From Entomortierella parvispora E1425 (Eukaryota; Fungi; Mortierellomycota), in contig BQFW01000015.1 of assembly GCA_020891255.1 (NCBI GenBank), positions 930,001 through 994,000 of the forward strand: a DNA stretch of 64,000 nt, read 5' to 3'. The notes under the pieces were generated by a model. That model was not told the origin of the DNA. It saw only the letters and a list, made by a program, of their open reading frames with translations, and ran no database searches. Below, in pieces: positions 12,667 through 26,276 of this stretch (the stretch's first letter is position 1; every line of letters starts with the position of its first letter). A program made the translations under genes and the position numbers.

Positions 12667-13491
12667 ATGAAAGAAAAGGACCTTCTCTCTTCATTCCTTG
12701 TCGGGAATGAACTCCACGACAGCGTGACTTTCCAACAGTTTTCAAACTTCTTCCCTTCGGCCTACAAGAATCACCCGGATGTCAAGAGCCTCTATAGGGC
12801 TTACTTGGACTCTCGCCACCATGTTCGTAGCAAGGTGCGACGAAATATTGACGTCGAAGTCAGGAGGAATCCTTTTCAGCTTGATCAACTTCCCGCGCAG
12901 CCCGAGACTCAACCTTCCACCACTGGCGAAGAGAGCTCCTTTTCTCTCAACGAAGACGATATGGATATCGAGGTAAACTCATTTCGATGTGGATATTACG
13001 GTGATGTTCGACCGAGGATATTTTTATTGAGCTCAGGTCTCGGCGTTGGTTTAGGATGTCGACAAGAGTTTGACTCTGGATCAAGCAATCCAGGAGCTCG
13101 TGCTAGCGGAACGAATTTTCAAGAAAGAGATTCGTCAGTTGGAGAATGAATGCAGTAATATTGCGAAGGACTTTCAAGAGTAAGCCTGTTGGGCAGTCAC
13201 CTATGAGAGAAACGAAGAGATGTGAGGCAACACTCTGACACCTTTTGTTCTCTTACCTCTAGTCTCGATCGAGACATGGATGCTGTTGATTTGCCGGACA
13301 TGCCTTCAACTGGAGTGGATGAAGAGGCACTTATGAAAGATCTCCAGGTATAACCCTAATTTTCCCCGCCGCATCGTCCCGCTTCGGGAGACAATTGACA
13401 CTGAATATCATCTTTTTTTTTCCTTTTTTTCAAATAGGAACTGTTGGAATTGAGCAACGCCATCATGGAAGGAAATTCAGCCAACCCATAG
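12667..13491 (+). CDS. Cnl2/Nkp2-family inner kinetochore protein
   Basis: LLSSFL..VTFQQFSNFFP..HPDVKSLY..L...R..VR.NI.E N-terminus and LTLDQAIQEL..AE..EI..LE coiled coil resemble Cnl2/Nkp2; four exons. Confidence 0.65.
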
Positions 13492-13694
13492 CAACCTCAT
13501 ATTGCTTCTAGGTAGCAAAGACCACCACCGCCACCGACACCATCACATATCCGCTCACGCAACAGCAACTTGTACATCACAATCCACTGTAAATTATCAT
13601 AATAAAACATCCAGTAGTCACCTCGTCTTCAAGTTGTCCTCTACTTGTATGGATATCCTGCGCCATTTTCAAAAATGACGACTCTATATTTCAT

Positions 13695-14335
13695 TAGCGA
13701 AATAATGAACACTTTTTAAAGGCGTCTTTGACTTCTTGACTCCTTCGGATGGGCGAGGTAGAGAGGCAGGTCAAAATGTTCTCCGGTTGCTCTCTCCATG
13801 TAACATGGGGCACCTCCAACCCAGACAGACTTGCAGCTAGGGCTTCCAGTTGTGGCAGATTCTTCACCTATTTCAGCATTAATGACAACTTGTGTTAGGC
13901 GAAAGGACCAGCTAAACATCACTGGGAGGGGTTGTTATGAAGGACTCTATTTCTACAGTACCTCCAAGACCACCTTGTGCATGTTGTTGATATCAGCGAG
14001 ATACTCGCGTGTATCGTGCAGGTCCTGGGTCTTGTGCAATACCGCGGTCGAAGCATGGCATGCCTGGGCAATGACACTAGTTGAACATGTAGATCGGAGT
14101 CAATGTGCTGCCGTGCAGAACAACAACATATACTATAGGCGAGCGCTATACAATGTCGTACCTCCCTGTTGACCACCCGAGTGTCTGTTGAGTAACAAAG
14201 AAGGGAAAATGAGTTGATAAATCCTATCGATGGACGAGGAGAAGCGACAATAGGCACCGGCGCATTGTGTAGAATCATAACTACCTTGATGAGATCCTTA
14301 CGGATGACGATAAACATTGTGAGGGGGTCTGCCAT
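13695..14335 (-). CDS. PTRHD1: Peptidyl-tRNA hydrolase domain-containing protein (PTH2 fold)
   Basis: MADPLTMFIVIRKDL, IAQACHASTAVLH, MHKVVLE, EQPENILTCLST; spliced. Confidence 0.88.
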
Positions 14336-15571
14336 GGTTCTATATCCAATGCTATATATGTGGAGTTGTCCGAGAAGGCCTGGCAAGAGCGTTCAGCAAG
14401 AGCATCCCGCTCAAAGCCAAAAATATTGCGTAACAGAAAATGTGGACCGTGTATTTGCTGCAGAGGGCGAGAATTGAGTCTTCTTGTCCACCTTCTCCTC
14501 TTCAAACCTCTTCCTTCCTGCCCTCTCCACCCTAATTCGTCAAGTAGAATAAACATGTCGTGTGGAAACTATTCCATGCATCTTTTGTGAATCTCATCTT
14601 ATACTCTACCCACCCCCACCTACACTTTCACCCCAGTTGAACAACCGCTCGTCTATTATCGTTATGACGCTTTCTGTGGCTACCAACTATTCAAGGGGAA
14701 GAACAAACCACTACATTCTACTTGTTTTACATGGCCATTGACTCGCAGTGTCATGGTCATCACTCTTGTGTTTGACATTTTGGACCCTTAGCTTCAATCT
14801 TTGCCTTTCTTGCTACAGCTATAGGAAAATAATAATAAAAAAAGGCAATAAAGAATTACACGCGTTGATCTCACGTTTTAGCTCGCGTGTTTGTATTTTT
14901 TTCAAGTTGTCGACACTGAGCAAGGGGATGCAGGTGCCAGGATTGAAGTACGGTGAAAGCAAGGGTGGAGGGGGAACGAGCTTCGCATCCTACGCGGTGT
15001 ATATGGAGAGAGTCAACAGTCGATTGAGCAGGCAGGCGCACGGGCGAGACAGGAACAATGAAAAGAATGAACGCGCTCACAACAAAAGAGCAGAGCAGGC
15101 CATCCAAAACTGTCTCGAGAGAGAAAAGGGGAACTCGAAATCAAAATCACTGCCAACAGCGAGAGAGGCGCGCGGACTGTCACTCAGCCAGCCAGGCCAG
15201 CCCAGGCAGGGATTTTTTTGATTCTCTGCCTGCCAACACTTGTCCTGCCCATCTCTGTCTAGGCCTGGTCGGGGGCGGCAGTCCTTCGTCTGTCTTGCAC
15301 AGGTGACGGCTGTCCTTCCGCCCGACCCTTCCTGCGACGATTCAGTGACTGACCCGTCGCCATCGGATCTGACTGACCGAACAAACTGAGAAAACCTCCC
15401 CAAGGCCGCAGACATTCCATTGCACCCATCCAAACCACCATTCCTGCTGCTTTTCTTGAAGTTACCTTGTTCATCGGCTCATCCTATATCTATCCCCACC
15501 ACATCCCCATCCATTGTCATTAATCCGGCCACATTGACATCTATCACGTACTGAAAAGACGGGCACGCTCA

Positions 15572-18500
15572 ATGACGCCCTTCTCTTCGCCGCCGTCAGA
15601 CCTCATGGCCAGCGCCATGGGAGGTGCGGGATTCCTTGCCAATGCAGCCATTGCGACTTCCAACACAACTTCCTCTACGGACTCGCCTTCTTCCAAAGCT
15701 AAACGGGCCAAGAAGGGGGCAGCGGTGCCAAATGGTGCCGTTCGAATTTTTTACTCGCTCAAGGAGAACCCACATGCCATCATCTCTTATGCAGACCTGG
15801 TTCGTCAAGAGCAAGAGAACCGGCAGCGACAGAGTTCTCAGCTCCTTGTGCCTTCCAAAACCGGTGGCACAACCTCTCCTATCAACCCCTCGTCCTCCTC
15901 CTCACCCAGCATCAAACAAAGCGCCACTGGCGCAGCGGTTATCGGTCAGGGAAATGGCAGTGCCGTCACTGACTCGAAAGATGGCACTGCCATGGATGTT
16001 GATCAACCAGAAGGAGAGGAAGACGAGAGTGAAGCAGAGGAAGAGGATGACGGCGCAGAGGATGATGAGGACGAAGACGACGCCGAAGTAGAAGGAGAAG
16101 CAGAAGATGAGGATGATGACGACGACCCTGAGGAGGAGGATGACGAGGAAGAGGATTCCGAAACTCGTCCGCGTGAACCCAAGGATTTCCTCGAGGCCCT
16201 GACCGAAAAGTACGCCAACATGGACGAAAACGGAAACGAGGGAGAAGACGAAGATGAAGATGAAGAGGTAAGATATTGTACTATTGTCCTGCGGCTGTTG
16301 ATCCACCGTCCCCCGCCCCAGAGTCTCCGGACTGGGAGCTCCACACAGAGGAGGAGAGGGACAGTCCTCCTCTTTGGCATCCGGTCTTCGGAAGCGTCAG
16401 TAAGCAGACACTGCACTTTTCGGACTGGTCTGATTTCTCCCTGGAGTCGCCCAAAATCAGGGGGAGAGGGATCCTTCCGCATCATGGTTGCACACAGATG
16501 CGACTTGCTGTCCACGCCTCACTTTTAATTTGTAGAGAATTTGAGATTGAAAGTGGTCCGCGCACTGACGTGTCATGTTGTGCAGCCCTGGGCGGTTGGC
16601 ATGCGCACCATTCCCACTCCACACGCCCGATACTAATCGTTCAGTTTAACTCGCTTCAATAGGGAGTAAGGAGCAAGCGGCCGAGTCGATGGGACTCTGA
16701 GCACTACGACATTGAAGACGAGTTTATTGATGACAGTGAGATGATGCTGGAGGCCATCGGTATGATCCGACCAAAGATCGAGGGGTTTTTCGCCTTTCGT
16801 GGACCTGTGGAAACTGTTGAAGACAAGTATGTAAAAGTTTTGTTGTCTGAAGATTCACCCCATGTCTGTCTGATCCCAGTGACTAATTGTTGCGCATATC
16901 ACCGTTACTAGTGATTCATCTGACGCTGGACAAAGACAGAAAAAAATTGTAAGACGGAGAGCACCTGCAAGCGCATCACCATCCAGCACAGGCAGGGGAT
17001 CAGGAACAAAGGCTGTCAAGGCCTCGAGTCTTGCTATTGTGGAAAATGCGAATGATACAGCATCGGAGGCAAGTGAACCAGAAGAAAAGTCAAAGCCAAG
17101 TAAGGGGGCAGTCTCAAACGCACCCACGGCAGAATCTACTACATCTTCTGAAATACCGACGGGAACGGCATCAGAAGCAGGACCAAACAGCACAGCGGCC
17201 ACGCCTACTAAGAAGAAGGCGCCGGCTTCCAAAGCAAAGGCAATAGTCAAGGAGCCAAAGGATTCGAACAAAGATGCTACGAAAGACGCTCCCAAGGCTG
17301 CTATCAAAGATGCCGAGACCAACAGAGACTCAGACAAGGAGACAAAACCCGCGCCGAAAAAACCTAGAGCAAAATCTACAAAGACCAGTCTTGCCTCTTC
17401 AACAAATGCAGACGTAGAGCCAACAAATCCGTCTTCCACGGCCGCCCTTGCCCCGTCTGTTCGGATCGACTCGCCACCGCCTGCAGACGAAAACACTGAA
17501 ATGTCTACGCCACCGCCGAGCTCCCCCTCACCATCGAAACCAAAGCCAAAGAAGTCGACAGCGAAAGCAAGTGGCTCAGAACTGGCTTCAGCATCCACCG
17601 CAGCGGTTCAGGACTCTGGAATGGAGTCGTCTTCATCGACGACAACAAAAACTGCTGCAAAGCCCAAGGCGGCCGCGGTGGGTGATGGGCAAAATCCCAA
17701 GGGGAAGGGCACGAAAGCCTTGGAACCTTTGCAGAAAGATGTCCAAGCTTTATACAACGTTGTTGCGGAGTTGGCTAGAAAAGGTATCCAAGTTACTGTC
17801 ATTTGCTGGATGTATTTGTGTTAGTGCTCTGTTGACCTCATACTTACTTGTTAACCCGATATCTGTAGAAACCTGGGCAGTCAAGACCAAATTTCCGCTC
17901 CATATCAAGGCACCCTTGTTCGAGTGCGCCAAGCTGGCCCTGGCGACGGGAACAGGATATGTGCTAGACGAGAATTTTCTGGCCCACCTTCAAGTGGTGC
18001 TACCCTACAACAAGTTTACTCTGAAGGTAAGTCATCTGATTTGGACAGTGCTTCGATAACACAATGTTGCTTGGATTCTAATGTAACATCGTTGACATAG
18101 AAATTAATCTACAAGAATATTCTGCCGTCTTGGATCACGACGTTGGAGAACCAGAGAGTGCACCTACTCGATCAGTTCAAAAAACGAGTTGGAATGTTGT
18201 CAAAGTCGGCAGGCTTAGTGGATAGACCTTTTCCTACTGAGAAGGATAACGACGACGACGTTGAGATGACTGAAGGAGAAGGTAAGTTGAGAACTACGCA
18301 ACTGCCTTATACAATGAATCAGCCATTCGGTCTCAGCCAACACTTTATTTCTTGATTCTCTTAACATAGACAGACGCAAGTTTCCTTGGAGTCAGGATTT
18401 GCGTCTATTACTTTGGGAATCAATGGAGAAGTTTATGGAACTCTTGGCAGTCAAGCAAGAGTTCTTTTCAATTGATGAAAATCAACCCCCACCATCTACG

Positions 18501-19861
18501 GAATCGAAAACGCGGAAGGATGCATATCAAGTTGTAAGTCATTGGGCTTGATAACTAGGTATTTTTACGGACACATCATGAAACTAACTTTCTTGCCACT
18601 GAACCTCATATAGCTGGTGCAAGCATTCCCTCATGGATGGATGACTTCGTACGAAATATCTCGGCAGTACAGTCAATTGAAAGAGAAGGTCCAGAAGCAA
18701 ACGGGCCGTGAAATCGACCCAAGCACGTCAAAGATCAAGCCGATTCTGACATCGTCCAAATATTCGAGTGCCCGAGCAAGCAATGGCGTTCCTGTAGCCA
18801 GATCTCCTGCCTTGCCCAACGTGTCTCGACCCATTGACTCTGCATCAGCAACAACAACAGCAACAGCAACGTTGACTGCCACGGCGCCCTCTACATCAGC
18901 ACTCTCGCCTTCTAAATCCCCCCGTATCCAGCCAGCGTTATCGCCTGCACCGAATCCCCCTCAGCCAGCGGCTGCATCCTTAGCTACACCTCTCACTTCT
19001 GATGCGACAGGATCAACAGCTACTGCGACAATCACACCAGCCAGCGTGCCATCTAGAAAACGGAAAAAGGCCGCTACCGAGGCTGAACCTCAACTTGTTC
19101 TGAGTTCTGGAGAAGATACACCGATGCCCATGGCTATTGACAGTGAGGAGCCTGTCAACATTCCATCGGAGAAGCCTGCGATATCTTCGGGAGGTCTGAG
19201 TCCTTCACTAAGCGCAGCTGATCTCGCTGTCTATCATTCATTGATTGCTAACAGCAAAAAGAAAAAGGCGGACTCGGCTGGAGTAGCCTCGGCCAACAAG
19301 GTACCAAGATCCAGGAAAGTCATGACGCAGACCACCAAGACTGTCAAACAAAAAGAACCTGATAACTCTGGACAAGAAGCGCAACAAAGAAGTGTGGGAG
19401 CCTCTCCTACTACTACCCTTTTGCAACCATCGCCTTCTTCTGGAGCACCATCGCGTGGAAGGAAGGTTAACTCGACAGCACCTTTGACATCCTCGCAAGG
19501 ATACTCACCGCAGTCGCACCCCCTTCAGCGGCCTCCTTCTCCGCCGCCACCATCGCTTTACCATTCTCCCCCCACTCATTCGACCCTCCCACCAATTCAT
19601 GGATCACCGTATTTCCAACAGCACTCTCCATCTCCACCGGCACATCGCCGTGTGACTTCCCCTGGATCTTCAGGACACCCTATGGGTGGTGCATATGTGG
19701 CGTCGGCTGTTTCCCCACCCCGAGGATCACACCCACATATGACCATGAATCAGGCTTTGAACCGTCAACAACAACAGCACGGTTATTCGCAGCAACAGCA
19801 TAGAGCTCGGCCGCAACCGCCTCAACAGCAGCAGCAGCAGCAGCAGCAATATCGCCCCTGA
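15572..19861 (+). CDS. HPC2: HIRA-complex subunit Hpc2/ubinuclein
   Basis: HRD/HUN motif HYDIEDEFIDDSE..GFFAFRG (16700-16800); ubinuclein middle domain ETWAVKTKFP..LFECAKLA; acidic and P/Q-rich disordered regions; multi-exon. Confidence 0.82.
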
Positions 19862-20023
19862 TGATGGGTGAGAAACTTTCTCGAATAAAATTTGTTTTTT
19901 TCGCGAATATTTTTATTTCTAATTTTTACAGGTGGCTTGGAGCAACAACGGCAAGGCACAAAATGCCGATTCTTCCCATTCAGCATTCAAACACCTTCCT
20001 TCTCCCTCGGTAACTTTGACACA

Positions 20024-20480
20024 ATGTCCACAAAAGCCAAAATGACCCTCGCCATCACCACAGCGTGCACCGTTGCCACTGTCTATGGTGTGCATTACCA
20101 ACAAATGTTTGAAAAAGAGGTAAAGTAGCGCCTTGCCCATTCCTCCCATCTGGTTTCTTTGGTCACTTTCAACCTTCTTTTTTTTCCCTTTTCGGCTGAG
20201 CCTAGCACTCCTTTCCATTTCTCGGATCGTGCCACACAATACAAACAAAGAAAATATCGGAATACGCGTTTTTTCTTTATTCTCACAAGCTGCCTTTTTG
20301 CCTTTTTGTGTTGTATTATCTTAGACGATGCGCCTGGGAGTCGTCAAGGATGAGGAGAGAATGGCGGCCAAGAAGCGTCAGGACGAGAATGTGCTTGAAT
20401 TGGCGGTCCAGCGCGAGTTGCAGAAAAAGATGCTTGAAGAGCAGACTGTTCGAACGAACGACAGCGATACCAACTCATAG
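20024..20480 (+). CDS. PET117: Cytochrome c oxidase assembly factor Pet117
   Basis: MSTKAKMTLAITTACTVATVYGVHYQQMFEKE | TMRLGVVKDEERM..Q.EL; intron 20120-20324. Confidence 0.88.
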
Positions 20481-20627
20481 ACACAATGTAAACTAGAATA
20501 TCCCTTCCGTAGAAGACAACAACACACAAGTAAAAAGAAACCCCCCTCTTTGAAAGTAGGTTATATATGAGTGTAATTTCAACAATGGGATAGAGAAGTG
20601 CTCTACCTTTCCTCCTGTTTTCTTGTT

Positions 20628-21113
20628 TTACGCGCTTCGAATGACACAGCTGGTGGTCGTAGTGCGAGTATCGGGACCAGCCTTGGAAGCGAGCTTCATT
20701 TCCAAAACTGCCAAGGACCTCCAATCCTCATCCAATTCTTTGTGGACACTCATCAGCTTTTCTTTGAAACGAATGGGGTCCACATCGTAGTGAATCGACC
20801 ATCTGGGATGCACCTCCGATAACTTGAGCGAATGACGATGCACAAAAGCGCAAATTGGAGTTGAATTTGTGGGGCTGGCTGCCGCCGTTGCCGCTGAGGC
20901 AGCCGAGGTGGAGGCAGGTGTGGCCAGGACGGCAGGCGTGGAGACACTGGCGTTGTCGAGTTGCCGGACCAAAGACTCGATTGATCGCATATCTGAGGCT
21001 AGCTTGTTGAGGTAGGTTTGACGGGCCGAGCCAAGATCCTTCAAGGAATAGAGACCGAGCGCAGTGATCACAAGAGCGAGGCTACCCATGATAGTGATGT
21101 TGGTGGGCGACAT
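20628..21113 (-). CDS. Hypothetical protein with one N-terminal TM helix and coiled coil
   Basis: 161-aa ATG ORF with a hydrophobic N-terminal helix; no family recognised. Confidence 0.6.
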   Translation of the reverse strand: MSPTNITIMGSLALVITALGLYSLKDLGSARQTYLNKLASDMRSIESLVRQLDNASVSTPAVLATPASTSAASAATAAASPTNSTPICAFVHRHSLKLSEVHPRWSIHYDVDPIRFKEKLMSVHKELDEDWRSLAVLEMKLASKAGPDTRTTTTSCVIRSA

Positions 21114-21924
21114 AATGGTTCCGAGGTTCGAACGCTTGCTTTGGTAGGTAAAGGAGGAGTGGATATGGTAGAGAAAGATGAAAATGAGAGAAAGGAAGCT
21201 GTGGCAAGAGGGATCTATGATTATGATGGGTGTGGTCCTTGTTGGCTCAATACCACCGACACGACGCTCTTTGATCGTCCTTTTGTTTCGGTTTCGTTTC
21301 TTTCACCAGTCGGGTCTCTGCGTTTGCGGGGACCTTCTTTTTCTTTTTTTTTTCCTCTGCCTCTTTTCTCCTTCCCATCTTGCTGTCATTGCAGCCGTGC
21401 TCGCAACCTAATTCTTCCAGGACACACTCCTTCCTCTCCACTCATGCTACTTGCTTTCTCGTCTCTTCTCTTCTCTTCTCTCTTTGCCTTCAATCCTGCC
21501 TGTCCATTCATTGCCCCTGCGGCTACTTCCTTGAGCCTTGCTTGTCTCTTTCCCTTCCGAACATGACTGGACACCCCCATACACCTTCATGGTCCTTACG
21601 GCTACAATTCTCTTGACCCTCTAATACTTGTTAGAGCACGTTACGGATGCAGTCAGTCGCTGCACTTGTTCTCAAACACTGAAACTGATGATGCTTTATC
21701 AGCCTTACATTCTGCTAAGCACAACGCTATTATTGTAGAAACTTTGGATCTCATTGCAGCTGTCTCAACTAAGAGAACGCAGCAAACAAGGACGATCGAT
21801 GGAAGAGGACGGTTGACGACAGGATTATTGGGGCTCTGGATCTTCTACAGTTGGCGCAGCATTCAGCAAGAGTCCTCTTTTTGATGCATCAGGTTCGGTT
21901 GGACCTTGCGCTTGTTAAATAAAA

Positions 21925-22685
21925 CTGAACTGCACAAGAGTTCATCTCTACACTCTGAAGCAACTCATCGCCAACCATGAAGGCCTGGACGTGTCTGGAA
22001 CTCTTATTACCGCGTCAGACTTGAACGTACTGATTCAATTGAACCCTACATGGATCAATATAGCTCGCTGTGTGGCTCTTACCAACCGGGCCAACACGAT
22101 CAACCGTAAAGCAATGGGCGTCTTTATCACCACTGTGATAAAAAATCCACGAATCACGACTGACATGTATATGCTGGATGTCAGGATGCCGCTCGACTTA
22201 GGCTCTTTCGGTGCCCTTAGAAAATACATGACAGAGCCCGCGTCTTTACCCACGAGTGTTGTGGGGTTTACATTGATGTAACTTTTATGTTGGAGGAACA
22301 TATCGATGAGATGAAATCTTGCCATCAATGCGGCTCAAGTACAAGCATGTATCGTAGTTGTGGCTTTTGTGGGCTCTGCCTCTGCGACGATTGTAGGACC
22401 AGTAACTGTAAATGCGAGCGTGATTCAGATGGCAAGTTGCCCGATACTCATGGCAATGAGTGTGCTGGGTGCGCCAGCATCCAGAATTGCACTATTTGTC
22501 AATCGTTCCCTTGTCCATGGGATGATACAGATGACGCCAGGCTCACGACGTGTGTGATATGTGGACTGCGATCCTGTACAACTTGTACGCCTAGCTCATA
22601 CACGTGCAATAAGTGCCGGTTCGAATACTGTGGACAGTGTTTTGAGAGAGGCGAAAACGAACATTGTGGATGGAAGTGCACATGA
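21925..22685 (+). pseudogene. LRR-like + Cys-rich (zinc-binding) C-terminal protein, frameshifted; 5' part decayed
   Basis: LNCTRVHLYTLKQLIANHEGLDVSGTLIT (LRR-like) joins KIHDRARVFTHECCG..CHQC..CGFCGLCLCDDC via an apparent 1-nt shift near 22220; no clean 5' exon found. Confidence 0.45.
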
Positions 22686-24243
22686 AAGGGCCATCTGTTT
22701 TTCGAAATAAACATCATCAAAGCTATCCCTAAAAAAGCAGCTTTGGCCGTTTTGTTTGTTAGGAAGGATTTCGGTTTCCTCAGTAAGACTGAGTACAGTA
22801 CCAATAATCGAAGGAGGGGGGGGCTTTTTTATTTTTGAGTTGAATCTACCATGCAAAGGTTGACTTTTCTAACGCCGAAAGACCAACCAACTCCCGACTC
22901 CTCCACAGCAGTTCGCACAACAAAACGCGCACAGTACTATGTACACACCCGACCTGACGCGTCCACCGCCACCAAACGCGAAAGACGCTATGAGGCAAGC
23001 GAAGGGGTGCCCTTATCTAGACATTGATGACTCTGTCCTTCCATCAAGTATGTAAGTCGTCCATAAGGAAAGTAGAATCACATGCATCTCCATTGTCCTT
23101 CCATTCAAAAACCAAGAGTTTAGAAACTTGTATAATACATCCTCCTCCATGGTATTCATCCAACAAACCGAAAGGACAGAATAGGTGGATCTTGCTCAAG
23201 CTCGCTCGAAGGCTGATCCAGAGCGTCCTTTGTAAAGACTGCTAACCGCAGCAGATCAGTACCTTCGGACAATGACCTTGAATGGGGACCCTTCATTTCA
23301 CCATAGTACGCTTTTCTCTTGTCCTTTGTCCTGCCAACAACATCAGGCAGTCGCGCCTGTCCGTCTTTCTCCAACGCTGCCTTGCTTATCCTTCCAGAAG
23401 TACAGGAAGGCCCAAACAACGACCTAACGACGGCTATCTCTTGGACGACTTCAGGGTCGGTTAGATACCCTGGCCCACAATATCAACATGCACCAGTACT
23501 ATGTTGCATTGGCCAGTCTGGCAAACCCGAGAAACCTTACCACATTTGAGATCACTCCCAAACACCTCCGTACAACGTTACCGGTTTGATTGAATGTGAA
23601 TAGACAATAAAAATCCGGCGAAAAAAAAAAAATAAAAAAAAAATAACCATTGCACTTTCCATTCAGAGGGGAGAGTTCTAAAACTTTCTACCCCGATGAT
23701 GCCTATCCTGTGTGGGGGACCTGCGGGGCTGGTTTTACCTTTGTTCGACCTTGGTGACAAGGGCAAAGTTGAGGTGCGGGTGGCTAATCCACCACAATCC
23801 GATGATCACGTGTGTCGTTTTTTCAAAGTTTGAGAATTGAGGGCAATTGGGCGTTGCAGTCGACCAGTGAGCGAAAGAGAAGGGCAGGAAGAATAGAGGG
23901 AGAGAGCACGCACCCCCTCACACACGGTTCGAAGGGTGGTGAGACAAAAGGCAGGCAGGGCGTGGGGTCGACAGTCGGTCGACTTTGCGCGTTTTTTGCT
24001 TTCGGTCTACTTTCCTGACCTCTCTTGTGTGCCGTTGAAGAAGAGAGGGCAGCAGGGATACAAACAAACAATAAAAGGAACTCGCTTGTTTTCTCACCCT
24101 CTCACGACCACCTTCACTCCCTCTCTCTCGCACCCTCCTCATTCTCTGTACCTCGCTCTGTCGGTCATCAGTCTCTCGTCTTCACCGCCGTTTACTCTCT
24201 CGCATCCATCCCTTCAACCTCTTCCGCCCTCTCTTCATCAGAC

Positions 24244-25885
24244 ATGGACATGCAACAACTCCAACCTGCAGGCTATGTCAATGCCCAACCCAAGAGGAAC
24301 AATGACATGGGCGCCACTGGCAATGTCACTGTCAAGTCCTATGCTGAGGGTACAGAAACGGCGCCGTCTCTTTTCCCCTTCTGCTTTATCTTCTCCTCCT
24401 CTTGCCCTTCTCTCCCATTCTTTATTTTGCCTCTCTTTTGTCGACTTGTGCCCAAAAAAAAAAGTCCAATCTAAACCTTTCTTTCTTGCTATTTTGTTCC
24501 TGCTGCAGAGTTCCCAGCACAACGCGTCAACGGTTTCTATGGCTCTATGGTCAACGCGTTCGGCTCCTGCATTGGAACCATGGGCATGGTAATAAGATTG
24601 TTCCTTTTATGTTTTGTAGTTTAACCGAGTTGCTTGGTCCAATTTTTGTTCTAACGGTTCTTATTCGTCTGGTGACAAAATAGATCCCATGTTGTGTTTG
24701 GTAAAATGAAAAACATTGCCTTGTGGAGTGCTATTGGAAGTGGGGGCCTCTTTCCTCTAGCGATTCTAACAGACCTTTGTTTCCCCTTCATTCAATAGCT
24801 GCCCTAACCCCTACAAGAGTATCGAGCAGGGCACAATCGGTTTGGTCTCGCGTTTCGGTCGCTTCTACAAGACGGTTGATCCCGGTTTGATTCGCTTGAA
24901 CCCATACACCGAAACAGTTCAGAAGGTCGATATGAGGGTCCAGATCTCCAGAATCTCGGATCAAGTCATCATGACCAAGGACAACGTCAGGTAAACATTG
25001 GCTTCTTTGATAATTGCCTTTTCTTTGCGGGTATACAGTTGTAAGGACTTGTAGGTTACTTTTTCTTGACGACTAACTCTTTTGTCCCCTCATAGTGTGC
25101 ATATCGATAGTATTCTCTACTGGCACATTATCGACCCTTACTTGGCCACCTACGGAATTGCTGATGTCCGTCAGGCACTGGTCGAGAGAACAAAGACGAC
25201 GCTGCGTCAAGTTCTTGGTGCCAGAGTCCTCCAAGAAATTATTGAGAACCGAGAATTGCTTGCGCAAGAGATTCAAAACATCATTGATGTTCCCGCTCAT
25301 CAGTGGGGTGTTACCGTAAGTGCACATCCTACACATCCTGCTTTGATGCCCCTCTGCAGCGCTCTCAGATTCTAACTGCCATCGTCTCTGCATGCCTGTT
25401 TCTCCAACGATAGGTCGAAAGTATCTTGATCAAGGACATTCAATTCTCCAAGAGTCTGCAAGAGTCTCTGTCATCTGCTGCCCAGGCCAAGCGATTGGCC
25501 GAAAGTAAGGTCATTCAGGCGCAATCCGAGGTTGACAGTGCAAAGTTGATGCGACAGGCTGCTGAGTGTAAGTTAAATTGAAATGGATTCATGCTTTTGT
25601 ATGGCACGTTAAACTTTCATATCTGACCCCTCTCTCTTCCTTCATTCCCCACAAATAGTCTTGAACACACCTGCCGCCATGCAGATCCGTTATTTGGAGT
25701 CCATGGCCGCGATGGCGAAGCACAGTGGTCAAAAGATTATCTTCATGCCTACCTCGGATGACACAAAGACTCACTTCCATCCAGCGGCCGAAGGTACCTC
25801 CTTCTCCATGCCCTCAGTTCAGGTGGCCGGTGGTTCCGGAAGCCAGCCCTCTGTCTTGTCTTACCAAAATACTGGCAAGAACTAA
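24244..25885 (+). CDS. Stomatin-family SPFH/band-7 protein
   Basis: IPCCVCCPNPY, QGTIGLVSRFGRFYKTVDPGL, IMTKDNVSV.IDS, ELLAQEIQ, WGVTVESILIKD, AMQIRYLE; includes a 17-nt exon at 24684-24700. Confidence 0.92.
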
Positions 25886-26276
25886 GCGAAGCATGATGGA
25901 GTGAGCAAAAGAGACCTCTTGAAACATTTTGGGATGGCAACTCTTTACAGATCCATTCTACAGTGTCCCCCTAATTGAAAGGAGGAGCTTTCAAATACTT
26001 TGTCTATATATTTTGTTTTCGTTTCCTCGTCTTCCTGCATCCTTTCAGTATGGTGCTTGACAGAGAGGATACCACTGTCCTTTACATGATACCATGGCTG
26101 AATTACCAGTAAAAACTCTTAATAAAGAAAACCCGTCAAAAGAAAAGAAAAAAAGTTTGCCGCCAAAGGGAAAAGTGACCCAACAACTTTTGCTGTTCAT
26201 CATGTAACGAGGTGTATTTTCATGGCTATTGTACGTTGAGTGGGAGGAGGGGAGGAGGATGAGGTATAAGAGGGCT

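Noticed and set aside
16290-16520. RNase P or MRP RNA (AGAGTCTCCGGAC and ACACAGATGCGACT resemble CR-I/CR-V)
   Set aside because: The candidate P4 strands do not pair correctly and no P1 helix was found; kept only as an unassigned structured intron.
15902-17598. Long antisense ORFs (poly-Ser, F/V-rich) opposite HPC2, and similar ones opposite the retro ORF (60009-61609) and KH gene
   Set aside because: Shadow frames of low-complexity coding sequence.
22851-23550. Possible gene (LPTPPQQF..KGCPYLDIDD..)
   Set aside because: Multiple stops, no consistent splice model or recognisable family; not annotated.
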